Shown here piece after piece: positions 43,530-56,454 of a DNA stretch of 64,000 bases. Origin of the DNA: Eledone cirrhosa. Its lineage: Eukaryota. Position 1 is the first letter of the stretch. Each line of letters starts with the position of its first letter. The DNA is taken from contig OZ024740.1 of assembly GCA_964016885.1 (NCBI GenBank), forward strand, positions 190,092,001-190,156,000, written 5' to 3'. The notes under the pieces were generated by a model, which saw only the letters and a program-made list of their open reading frames with translations, was not told the origin of the DNA and did no database searches. The position numbers and the translations under genes were made by a program.

Positions 43530-44309
43530 TTGTATTTGGTTGTGCGTGTTTGTGATATGTACGTATTTGTATGTTTATAATTGTATAGCTATGTATGTAT
43601 GTGTGTGTATATGTATGTGTGTATATATATATATATATATATGTGTATGTGTGTGTATATATGTATATGTGTGTGTGTGTGTTTGTGTATGTATTTGTGT
43701 ATGCGTATGTATGTGTTTATGTATTTGATATGTATATTTATGTGTGAGAGTGTGTGTATGTATTTATCTTTACGTATCTATGTGTACGTGCATTTGTGTG
43801 TATTGCTTACCACGCGTGTTTGTTCATTTATTCGTTGCCTGTATCGCTGTCAACTTAATAATAGTTTTTTTTATCATTTTATTTTTTATATATATTATTT
43901 TCTTATATTTATTTGCGTGAGTGAATATGTAGAGGTGTGTGTATATTTTTCTAAAATTGTACATGCATATGTATGCATTTATGTATGTGTATGTATGTAC
44001 GTGTGTATATAGGTATGATTGTGTGTATGTATGTATGTATGTATATGTATGTGTGTATGTCTATCTAAGTGTATCGCTGTCAACTTAATAATAGTTTTTT
44101 TTATCATTTTATTTTTTATATATATTATTTTCTTATATTTATTTGCGTGAGTGAATATGTAGAGGTGTGTGTATATTTTTCTAAAATTGTACATGCATAT
44201 GTATGCATTTATGTATGTGTATGTATGTACGTGTGTATATAGGTATGGTTGTGTGTATGTATGTATGTATGTATATGTATGTGTGTATGTCTATCTAAGT
44301 GTATGTGTA

Positions 44310-44372
<63 letters not shown>

Positions 44373-44529
44373 CTATGTCTATATATATGTGTATGTGGTT
44401 GTATATATGTATGTGTATGTATGGATGTGTTGATATTTATGTGTGTATGTATGTATGTGTATATTTATGTGTATGTGTGTATATATATACACATATATAT
44501 GTGTATATGTGTGTGTGTATGTATGAGTG

Positions 44530-44618
<89 letters not shown>

Positions 44619-44756
44619 ATACATTTCTGTGTGTGTGTGTTTGCATGTGTGCTTTTGTTTTATTTTTTCTTTCCTTCTTCCTTCTCCAGCCTCACTTTCA
44701 TATAGACTGCATTTTTGTTTTTTAAAATCCAATATCAATAAACAGACCAGGATTTT

Positions 44757-44814
44757 TTCATTCTGATGATTGAAAGCAAAATGCTTTGCTTTTAAGAAAC
44801 CATTGGTAAATAGA
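44757..44814 (+). ncRNA. Type I hammerhead (family D)
   Basis: TTCATT-CTGATGA-TTGAAAGCAAA.ATGC.TTTGCTTTTAA-GAAA-CCATTGG-TA-AATAGA. Confidence 0.75.
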
Positions 44815-44912
44815 ATAATTGCCTTATGTTGTTTATTACATAACTATTAAGCTCTGTTACCTACATAGAGCACTCTTTTTTCCTGGACTTTTTCCGACGG
44901 AATTACTTCATT

Positions 44913-44948
<36 letters not shown>

Positions 44949-44951
44949 AAC

Positions 44952-45064
<113 letters not shown>

Positions 45065-45070
45065 TAATAT

Positions 45071-45388
45071 TAATTCTAAATATTAACAAAATAGATATTC
45101 TTGTGATCAATTATATAATTATATTTTAATATACATATTTCAGAGGTATTGAATTAAGTTCAACAGTACGTCCTCATCAGATAAAATAAAATGATACATG
45201 ATATACCCTGACATGGTAGATGGTTAAGATTTAATCAAGGTAGTACTACCTTGATTAAATCTGTTGAACTTAATTCAATACCTCTGAAATATGTATATTA
45301 AAATATAATTGATCAGAAGAACATCTATTTTGTTAATATTTGGAATTATAAAACTCATTCTTCGATGTACTCATTGAATCTTGTTTAC
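45071..45388. repeat. Fold-back element with a hammerhead-like core (45123-45187, minus) and a perfect 34-bp central palindrome
   Basis: Arms 45071-45166 and 45261-45348. GATTTAATCAAGGTAGTACTACCTTGATTAAATC at 45228-45261. Confidence 0.8.
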
Positions 45389-45481
45389 ATATATATATAT
45401 GTAAAAGGTAAACATATATAACAACACAATCGGTAAAATATATGGAAGGTACATATTAGGTTAACGCATGATATAGCAGAA

Positions 45482-45525
45482 AGGGCGTCCTAACGTTTCC
45501 GACGCTAGTCCTTCATCAGAAGAAT
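45482..45525 (-). ncRNA. Degenerate minimal hammerhead-like motif
   Basis: Reverse complement has CTGATGA-AGGACTAGCGTCG-GAAA-CG-TTA. Stem I is weak. Confidence 0.4.
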
Positions 45526-45973
45526 AATTGAGAAATATATTAGATTGAGGGGACGGGCGGGATAGAATTGGAAAAATTACTTTAGATAAAAATAACAGGC
45601 CCATTCATGTTGATATATTTTGTACGGATACACGATGAATCAAAGAAAGGGAAAAAAACATATAAACAGATCCCTAAATATATTTTCAGTGCTATTTCCA
45701 ATTTGACCTTCTCTCTGTAACCCACTGTTTTGTATAGAAACTTACTTCCCTTTTCAAATATATATATATATGTGTCTCTGTGTATGGTTTACTTTGATAC
45801 AGTGAAAGGAAACAGATGTTCAATCTAGTCTAGGTAAGCTACTCCACTATACAGTGATAGATACAACTGGAACACGAAACATAGGATCTTTCATACATGT
45901 TAATGTATGGAAATTAATAGAAACTATATCTACATATAAGGGGAGAGAGAGAGCACGAGGGAGAGAGTAGAGA

Positions 45974-46038
<65 letters not shown>

Positions 46039-46054
46039 AGTTTGTGGGTGTATT

Positions 46055-46107
46055 AAATAATGACTATATATAAACATGCACGGCATGTTTATATATAGTC
46101 ATTATTT
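46055..46107. repeat. Perfect 25-bp-arm hairpin
   Basis: AAATAATGACTATATATAAACATGC-ACG-GCATGTTTATATATAGTCATTATTT. Confidence 0.9.
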
Positions 46108-48044
46108 CATGTCTCACCGCATGCATATTGAGCTGTGATCATTAGTGTTTATAAAGTGGAGAAATGGGCAACTATTAACATCTGGTAGTCTTTACTCAAT
46201 CTGTCAACCTGGTAGCAATGACAGTTAAATTTCCCTCAAATCAATCTTTATTTGATAGAATGAATATAACATACTTACGTTCAAATAAGTGCGTGGTTTT
46301 TGTTCTCTTGTTTAGCTCCCACCATAGCAATCAGTAAACGGATTAAAACAAAATACAGCGTTATGAACTTATTGAATGCAAATCAATCTTCTAACTAATG
46401 GGAGGTAGACATAATTTTACTAATTAGAAACAGCATTATTTGATTTGTCAACAAATCATATATAATTGCTCAAGGGTGTTTTTTCAAATTAACGTAGATC
46501 TGTAATTACTTTTTGAAATCATTTTAGTCATGCAGGTATAACCCAACAAATATAAACGAATGACATTTCAAAAAACGCATTAAGACATATTTACACAAAC
46601 AATATCCAGCATAAATCGAGTGTTCTGGTTCTATATATCATGAGATGAAATCCTGCTGACGTCACATTTGCCTTTCATACATCTGGAGTCGAAAGAATAA
46701 AATAACAATCAAGTAGTGGGTTTAATATATTCAACTATTCCCATTCTTAACATTTGATTCTTAGTAGCTATGTAGGAAATCCTTATTATAAAAATATCAA
46801 AGGTGTTAAATGAGATGCGACCTGGGACCTCACAACAACGTGAATTAATCTTACCAAAGACTACATATGGATATCGTAATATTTATATCAGCATCACTTA
46901 TTTCATTACGACTTCTCTGGAATATGATATATATCTGAATTCATTTCACTTTATTGTTACTTTAATACAATTGGATACAAAACAAGGTAACAAAACATTA
47001 TATCTATAGCAGAACAGCATGATCATATATATATATATATATATTTAAATATTTCTTTTTTTCCAAATGCGATTTTGCAAACAAGTATCAAAATTGTGAA
47101 GTGAAATCTATTGTTCATGAATTTGTTTGCTATCACAATACTATAATAATAGTAATTTATATGTAGCAGCATTCTCAGAATTCAAGCGTAATACAAATTA
47201 GTGAAATACATGATAAGTGTTTGTTCATTATTTTAAATTTGAATAGATATATCTTCTTCTTCTTATGCTTTTCCATTATTGTATTATTTTCATGGTATCT
47301 GTCATTCACCTCTAGTTTTAATGGGCAACCATAATCTTGACTAATATATAATGGGGTCGATATGATTGAGCAAATCCCGGAAAGCGATGTGCCAACATAA
47401 ACACATCCCGATGCTGAAAATAGATAAACTAAAACAATACACACACACACACATATATGTATATACTTATGCGTGTGTGTGGGTGTGTGTATGTGTGTGT
47501 ATGTGTGTGTGTATATGTGTGTGTATATATATATATATATGTGTGTGTGTAGAATGAACGTGTTTGCTCTAATAGTGTGTAAATTGTTACATCGGATAAT
47601 ATACGATACATTTACGAATAAACATTTGAAAGCCTTTAGCTATGAATTTTAAAGTTGATGACGATGTTATCTACCGTGTTTGCCTTCATTGGAGCAGCTA
47701 AAGGGAGGTGGGTATTTGTTTCTTTTGAAATCTTTGAACAGTCAAATGTCCGTTTACCTGCAAAGATAAAATCCAATTATCAATAAAACGAGTTAAAATC
47801 AATCTATTCAAAATTTCACACCTCTAGCATCATTACTGAATAGTCCTTGTATATATTTTTCAGTCAACTAGCGCAGATCAAGAATAAAGAAACCAAACAT
47901 ACAGATGCCTAATCATATTTCTATGCTTACCTGACAAACCACCTACTCTAACCTGAATATCTACACATCCTCATGGAACTCTTCACCCACTGATTAACTA
48001 CGGCCTACGATTTACTGGACGATTTGATCTGTTCGCACCTAAAA

Positions 48045-48120
<76 letters not shown>

Positions 48121-48538
48121 GTGTGTGCGTAGAATGTACGTGTTCGCTCCAATATTGTGTACATAAATACAAACACACACATTCACACACACACACCCAT
48201 ACACATACCCCCATACCCCCCCCACACACACACACATACGCACGACCTTACAATCATGAGCAAGACACTCTACCGGGTCGATGAATTATTCTATCAAAAA
48301 GAATTCGACGCGAAAATTATACAGGCTCGTTAAAGGGACATTTCGCAAATAAATACGAAATCAAAAATTACCATATAAAACTTTGTAGTAGGTAGACTTC
48401 AAATATAATCTATCGCATGTTTTCCAATTAAATTTCATTCACAAGATTGTTATTTTCCTTACAAACAAATTTCCTGCAATGTAGTCATTCAAGTAATTTG
48501 TTGGCGCAGAAGCAGCAAACATAATCGTAGTATATATA

Positions 48539-48637
<99 letters not shown>

Positions 48638-49035
48638 TTGTGTGTGTGAGTGAGTGTGTTTATGTGTGTGTGTGTATATGTGCGTGTGTGTATATGTGCG
48701 TGTGTGTGTATATATATAAATATATATATATTCATATATATACTGATAGAGAAAGAGAGAGAGTGAGAGTGAGAGAGAGAAAGAGGGAAATAGACAGAGT
48801 GTGTGAGAGAGATAAAATAGATAGACGTATATTTTAGGTATAATGATTATATAAGTAGAAATCCAATCATAATACATAACAGAGGAGCGCGTATGCGCAG
48901 ATATACGAAAAAGATGGCGGATAGATGAAATTTATAACTGAAATTTTAGAGAGTACTGTTGAATTGCTAATGAGATTTTATATGAAATTTCGAGTCAGTG
49001 ACCAACTTTTTCACTTTGTATCTAAGAAATATAAT

Positions 49036-49221
49036 TGTTTCTACTTTTGGCACAAGGCCAGCAATTATCCCAGTGTATTACTGGTACTTTATTTTATCGA
49101 CCACGTAAGGATGAAAGGCAAAGTTAACCTCGGCGGGATTTGAACTCAGTCCGTAAGGGGACGTAACTGTGGTGCAAAGCATGGCGCCCGACCCTCTACC
49201 GATACTGCCAATTCACCGCCC
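49036..49221 (-). mobile_element. Full-length tRNA-derived SINE with 20-bp TSD
   Basis: Starts GGCGGTGAATTGGCAGTATCGG, B-box GAGTTCAAATCC. TSD TTGTATCTA(A/G)GAAATATAAT at 49016-49035 and 49222-49241. Confidence 0.92.
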
Positions 49222-51659
49222 TTGTATCTAGGAAATATAATATTTCTACATTTGATTGATTTTGCCCCATGTCTTCAAAACAAATGTTTGAATCTCTATC
49301 CATCGTTCCATTTTCGGTGCAAAAGGATAAGATACTTGGAAGTATATTTTATAATTTTATTTGGAAATAGTTCTTTACTGTAATACCCGAAATGTCTAAT
49401 CTCGGCAGACAACACAAAGCAAATTGAACAGATATGCTTTCTAAAATTCAAATGAAAAAGATGGAGAGCTGAAATGAAGAATTTAACAAAAGACTGGAGA
49501 AAATGAAAGAATGCAGCGCGGAGAAATTGTATAGTGGGTGCAGGAAATTCAAATATCAGCAAAGTGGTAATATGCATAGTGGAAAATATGTATGATATGA
49601 AAGAGAAGAGATTGATCGTCTGTGTTTGCTACGTCCCACTCTCTTAACAATATGCTCTGATATTTACCGATCGATAATAGCAGCTACTATGTAGTAGATG
49701 TCATACATCAAGTCAACCTCTGATATATTGATTTGCTTCAACTGAAGATATATACAAAATTACTGGGAATAGTCTCTGTATTCATATAAGTTGTATGTGT
49801 ATACAGGCACGCATAATCGCCCATACACATACACGGACCGTGGCACACATACACACTACGATAAACCAAGGTACACACGTACACGTCAATATATGTAACG
49901 ATATTTGTCTATAAATGCTTCCGCACATATTGATAGTCGCGTTTATGTAGTGTTGTAACCAGAATTTAAATCTAAATAGTGATTTCTGTGCTAGCTTTAC
50001 GTAGTTATATTTTGAGACATTCATACACATACAAGTTTCAAGTATATATATGTTTGGATCTATAAATATACTATAACATATCCATAAGTCAAGTCGTACA
50101 TACATATATAAGTCTATCTATCGACTAAGACGTCCCTCTTTATATCGTCTTTACTATCTGTATGTATGTGTGTATATATGTCATGTGTGTCTGTATGTAT
50201 ATATGTATGCATGCATGCGCGTATGTATGTATGCATGTATGTATGCATGTACCTAACCTAACTATCTATATGTTTGTCTCTTTCTCTCTCTCTGTATATA
50301 TAATATATATATAACATTGAGTTTCTATAATACTATAGTAATGAAAACATTTATATATTAAATGGATGAGCACTCAATAGTTATAAATAAATGATTCATT
50401 TATTTACTCAGCAAAATTTATATGGAAAGTTCACAACAATTCAGCTCATCTACAGAAAATATACTGAGAAGTAAAATAACATTTATGTTTAGATCGTATT
50501 CCACACATAGCGACAATGAATTTCACTTTTTAATAAATTTAAAAGTGTGAAATGAATTCATTGTCTGAAAGTATATTTCACAATGTATGATTTAAAAAAA
50601 ATCATTGGATCTCACATGTACGTTGAGAACAGAAAAAAAATGCTTTATTTATTGGACGTTTGTAATAATATTGCAACATATATTGAAGAAAGTTCGATAT
50701 CACCTTGAATATGGTTTCCCATGGAATGATATATAAATTTACCCGATTTTGTGATTCCAATGTTTCTATATTTTAATATCAGTTATTTGTAAACGAATCT
50801 GTGTTAGAATACCTTTTTACAAATATAAAGAGCTTTTTCTGTACCCACGACACATTGAAAAAAATAAATATGTAGTTGCTACAATGATTATTTGATAACA
50901 ATAAATTTCAATTGAATAATCTGGGTAATGTACGTCTGGGGACGGAGAAAAGGTTAACAGACATGCTAGCGGGGAATCAAACCACCTCTATCTCGAATGC
51001 CGGAATAATGCGCTTATCTATTAAATGAAAGAAGTTCTTGATGCAACTGCAATCGTTTTTAGATTTAGGTTTGGAGGTAGATGCGTAATCAACACATATA
51101 TCTATATTAATTAACCTTCAATGTAGTCTAGTTTAAAATAGGTTCTCTATCTCCATATAACCCTCTGTAAATGAATCACTAAATACATATACATTAGCAT
51201 ATTAAAGTACAGATTTTCAAAGAAATGTTATCTAACGGTTAATTAACTCTGTTTAAATTAATATACGTGAGGAACCATTCAGATGAATGTTGAAAACTGG
51301 CAGGGTATTTAGAGCGTTAATCATAATGTGTATATTTCGACATTATCTGTTCTGAGTTAACGTTTCACTGACGTTACCTTTCATCTATTCGAGGTTATTC
51401 AAATAAATAACCTGCTTTGGGGAGTTGGCAGGAATAATTATTAGAACGCCAAAAGAGTTGACACATACAATTTCTTCCGGCTATTTATGATATATTTTCA
51501 AATGGCCTATTTCGGTTTTAGATTTAATCCATCAGCCTGTATAATGCAATATTCAGAACTTTTAGTTGAGTCTACTCAGTTACAAGCGTTGGCTCACATC
51601 ATGAGAATGATTTTAATACATTCGCAAGTCCCCAAAAGTCGCCCACTTATTACTTAGAG

Positions 51660-52222
51660 GGTCGTGGGGACTGATTACTCAAACACTCCCTCCAGCGGGT
51701 CCTGTCAGAAGCAACCGTCTCCAACAGATCTGGCTGGATCACCAAACGTTACCAGCCAAGCTCATAGATGTTATCCAACTATCATATTCGTGGCCTACCC
51801 CTGGGTCTCCTACCTGTTTATTTCGCAATTCTTTCCTGAGACCTAACAATAAGCCCATATTGAGCTGCAATGACTAAATTCGGAGAAGTAGCGTCTCTAT
51901 CTGGAATCACTCTGATCTCCGAGCTACGCACTTCATCGACTAACGTTACTCCAAACACTGTTTGGAGGAACCCCATTTCGGCCGCTTGTATTCGCGATCG
52001 TATTCGTTCGTTCATTACACAGGATGCATGGCCATACGTAAGGATTGGGACGAAAACCCAATTGGGGACAGTGAGTTTGGCTTTTACATATACCTTCATT
52101 ATGATAATTGAATGCTGAAGCTGGCGCATTACTATACCAGCTTTTGTAATTCTTGCACTTAATTCAGCCTTCCGTATTACATCACTTGTTAACACGGCCC
52201 CGAGGTATTTGAACTACTCCTG
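51660..52222 (-). mobile_element. RTE-clade LINE 3' fragment
   Basis: EFKYLG..ELSARITKAG..VFVPILTYGH..RSRIQAAEMGFL..GVTLVDEVRSSEIR. Confidence 0.82.
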
Positions 52223-53029
52223 ATTGAATAGGAAAAACATATTGATACTTACAAGATGTGTAACATAATTATTTGCACGACCTAAACGTAATCAAATATT
52301 TTTCCTATTAAATTTTTAATGATATTTATGACATATTTGAAATATATATCTAAGCTAAAGAAATACATAACTGCGTTTTATCTTCTTTCATGACTAAATA
52401 GTACATAAAAATAATTGAAAATGTTTGACGTTATTACGTAATAAATGAAATATATGATGGGTAATAATATCATGGCTTTCGGTAGTGTCTAGACTACGTG
52501 TCTCTAAATCGTCATTTCCATAAGCATTATCGAAAGACGGCAACTATTTTGTAGCACTATTTTCTTATCAGATTCACTGATTGAAATATAATTTTACGCG
52601 ACAACAAATTCCTTATGGAGAAACTAATCAGTTATTGAAGAATAGAAGTCAATGGGAAACTTCATAGACTTTCTATTGGAAGGTGCATTGATAATATTAT
52701 TAAACAAATACATAACAGAAATACTGTTATTTCATATGATAAAAGTGGTTCCTGCTTAATTGTAAGTTTAATAGTAATTAGCCTCATTATACCTTACCTT
52801 TAGTTGACGTAACATCCTATACGAGCAGGCAAATATGTATAAGATTCTAATTGAGTCCCATATATTTTTTTTTATTTGGAGTATGTATCTGCAAGCTAAA
52901 ATGTTTTGTGACCCAGGTTGATGACAACCATTCCAGTACTTTTATATCCTGATTCTAAATTTAGGTTTAGGCCTTGTGCCCATACGCTCATAGGGTTCAA
53001 TGAATGTCTAACATTGAATGCTGAAAATG

Positions 53030-53210
53030 CAGACCTGCCAACTTCTAAAAACCCTAACGAAGATCACTATGAACATAGTGCTCCCAAACGGAGAGTATTG
53101 AGGCAAAATGGGGAGGATTTACATAATGATAGCTATACGCATGTTCACAAGAGAGGACACCTCCCGCCCACCCGAAAGTGGGTAGGAGATCTCCCCGTTC
53201 GACAGGTCTG
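53030..53210. mobile_element. Possible MITE with imperfect terminal inverted repeats (hAT-like CAG start)
   Basis: CAGACCTGCCAAC ... GTTCGACAGGTCTG. No clear TSD. Confidence 0.45.
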
Positions 53211-55414
53211 AGAAACAAATTCTTAATAATATTTATAATGTCCATAGTGATAAGAAATGGTAAGAATCTCTCATGAGAGCTTGACAGAAGAATTTCCTCA
53301 GAGAAGAATTCTACCCCCACCACCAACCGAGTGTTTCAATCGTTAACTTCTTACATTCTAAGGGGATTGAACGGCATCGAGATCGTGGCTCCTTCGTGCT
53401 TTTCTGCTGACATTTAGCCATTCGGGTATCAGAGACTTGTGTATTTATACCTTATGGAACTTTTGTTGACAGTATCTAGCTGAGACTCCTCTCTGTTGCC
53501 TTTGCTTTGAAACTCATATTTAAACGCTTACTTGACTTTCGAAAAATAACGTTGGTAGCGGTGATATTTCAACAGTAACACCGTCAACAACACTCAACCT
53601 ATGACTCATTCAGATTGACGCTACGTGTGCATTAAAATACAAACACGACTCTCTCAAGCGGTCTCTCGTTGACGTCTGTATTTCCTATGCGGTATTTATG
53701 TTGGGGGTTATTTTACTGTATAGGCAACTTCTGTGTTCCGAGTTGTTGACAACCATTTCTGTACTACCATTTTCTGATTGAAACGTAGATTTAATCCTTA
53801 CACCCAAACACTCATGGGTCTCAATGAATTTCTAACATTGAATGCGGATATAATTTCTTTAATAATAAAATTAATGTCTATATTTTGTACCCTAGGGATA
53901 AAATTAATTCCAAAGAAGAGTCTATTCAGGATGTTAACTTATAAAACAATATACAATATATGTTTACAACATTTAAGCAATCGATTTTTTGTTTATGTGT
54001 GTGTGTGTATATGTACAATATAGCGGGCGTTTAGAGATTGCGCATCAGTTTGTGTCCAGTTTGCTTGTGCCAAAATCGACAAACCTAACTTTAATTGTAG
54101 GTCCATACCTCATAGTTTTTTTTAAGTGTACCTATGAAGAAACTACGCATATTTTTCTACAGTACAGTGACGGTACATTTGTATCTAAAATGTACTTATT
54201 TAGAAAAATAAATTTTGTCAGTGATATATCGCAGATCGAAAACAAAATTCTGAGTAATCAAAGTCTATACGTTTAAGAAAATTGAAACAAATACAAATAA
54301 TTGATCTATAAATTAACAGGAAAACAATTCAAAACGTTTCAAAGAAATCGAAAAAAAATGAATAACAAATATTCTATATTTAATAGCTTCAGTTATCTTA
54401 TCCATGAAGCTGGTATGACGTTGATGTTTTAATTTCCGTTTTAGTTCCATATATTTTCCATTTACAAGTGTTACTCTTTACATGCAACAAAGTTCTGGAA
54501 ATCAAATTCTTTTACAATATAACGAATAACCAATGATGAAAACTAAACAAATACATTTTAATCAATTTATAGAAATTATATTACACTTCATTCTATTCAA
54601 AACTGAGTCCAGTATTTATAGAACGATAGTAGTATTCTATAAAATTATCTTTTGTTTATTGTTTACCTACTTATTTTCACTCTTTGATGCAATCTAATAA
54701 TGACAATGAAAATTGAATGACACATACTTAACATTGTATTCTTAATACAAATGAAATATTTATCGTGTGAACAACATACATGTTTTGAAAATATTAAGTA
54801 TTATACATTAAACAGTATTATTGCACTAAATAAATAGTAAACACTATTAGGACTTATCCTATATTCTCATTCAAACATTAATAAACAAATATATATTCTG
54901 AATACTGTTGTCCGTGCATATATTCTAATGAAAATAAACGGTATTGTCTGCTTAATTTGAGAATTCTGTAACTTCGTAATCATGGAAAACTAAAATATTA
55001 CCAGTACACTGATAGTTTGCAACGGTATAAAAACTATTATGCTATCTTGCATTGTTTAAAGAGAGGATATTATGAATTGCCGACATACGTTTAAAAATCA
55101 GATGAGCTCTACCCTGATTAACTATTTTGAATGTTTATATAGAAGAGCCCATAATATGAGATTGAAGACTGATCAATAAACATGAATGGTGTCTAATTAC
55201 GTAAAGATTACGGAATTACATGTAAAGCAAGATATATAATTATTTACAAATGGACGCAAATAATTAATGAATATTAACGTCTACTAAACAAATATTAAGC
55301 GGTAATACTATTTACGCTCCGGTGTGTTTTATTTAAGCATTCACAATTCTATTCCTCTCTTATAAAATTATTTCCATTCATTCTTGGCATAATATATTTC
55401 TATATGTCTCCGTG

Positions 55415-55464
<50 letters not shown>

Positions 55465-56454
55465 CATACACGTGTAGTGTCACCAAATTGAATGAAAATT
55501 AGTGTAAGTATTACAATGTAGAGGTGAAGATGTTATAAAATACGCATAGAAACCAAACCAAGTATCAACAAAGTCCTGAATCATAGCACACATCACACAT
55601 GCATTTTTGCAAAACACATATGCCCAGTTCTTTAATGCCGCCATTTGCACTTTGAATATAATCACACTAAGCTACGTAATGTTATGCTACTCTATTTAAC
55701 TATTCGTTCTATAAGCGATGACCTATTATTTGTTGATTTTCTTTTAAATCATTGTATAACGCAATACAATTGTTCTTATTTCGCTGCTTCCAGTTAGCTT
55801 TCGTTGTATCCTATTAACACAATTTTGCCTCGTTTTCTTTCCCTCACTCCAATCCCCCTCCCATAGAAAATGAGCTCACATTACTACATGCATGATCTAC
55901 ATGATTCAATGTAAACGTTGATTTCTGCTCATAGATTCATACCATTTCACATGCGACTTCTTTACATTTTTAGTTTTATATGAAATCAGATTAATAAACA
56001 TTTATACAAAAAGTTATGCTATTTGAAATACAAAATCATTCCAATTTTGCTGATGGTGATATTATTTTCTTCTTGCACACCTCGTTGCGTTTTCATGTCA
56101 ATACAAGAGATATGGCTTTGAAGAATACGATGCCGTTCCTAGCCCCAGGTCAGCTCATGGAGTGCAGATTTAAGATCAAATACATTGTTGCCAGACAGTT
56201 TTAATTATACAATGTGACACCTATTACTTCACACATCTGTTAGGATATTATTTGAGAGTAATTTATTTGTAATACTAAAAGATAACATGACCTCAACTAT
56301 TTTTTCTTCTTGAATTCTAGGTATATAATGACATGTACAAAGGAAACAACTTGGAATGTATAAAGTGAGGATATACACCCGATTATGTGCATGTTATTGT
56401 AGTTGTAATACTTGTTATTGTTATTATTAGTGTTGTTATTATTATTGTTATTAT

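Larger units (their letters stand above)
41316..44915. mobile_element. Naiad-like PLE family D: inverted 3' copy + RT/GIY-YIG body + second downstream 3' copy
   Basis: 41316-41858 is the reverse complement of ~44070-44845. The plus-strand body spans 41860-43390. Three homologous hammerheads. Confidence 0.82.
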
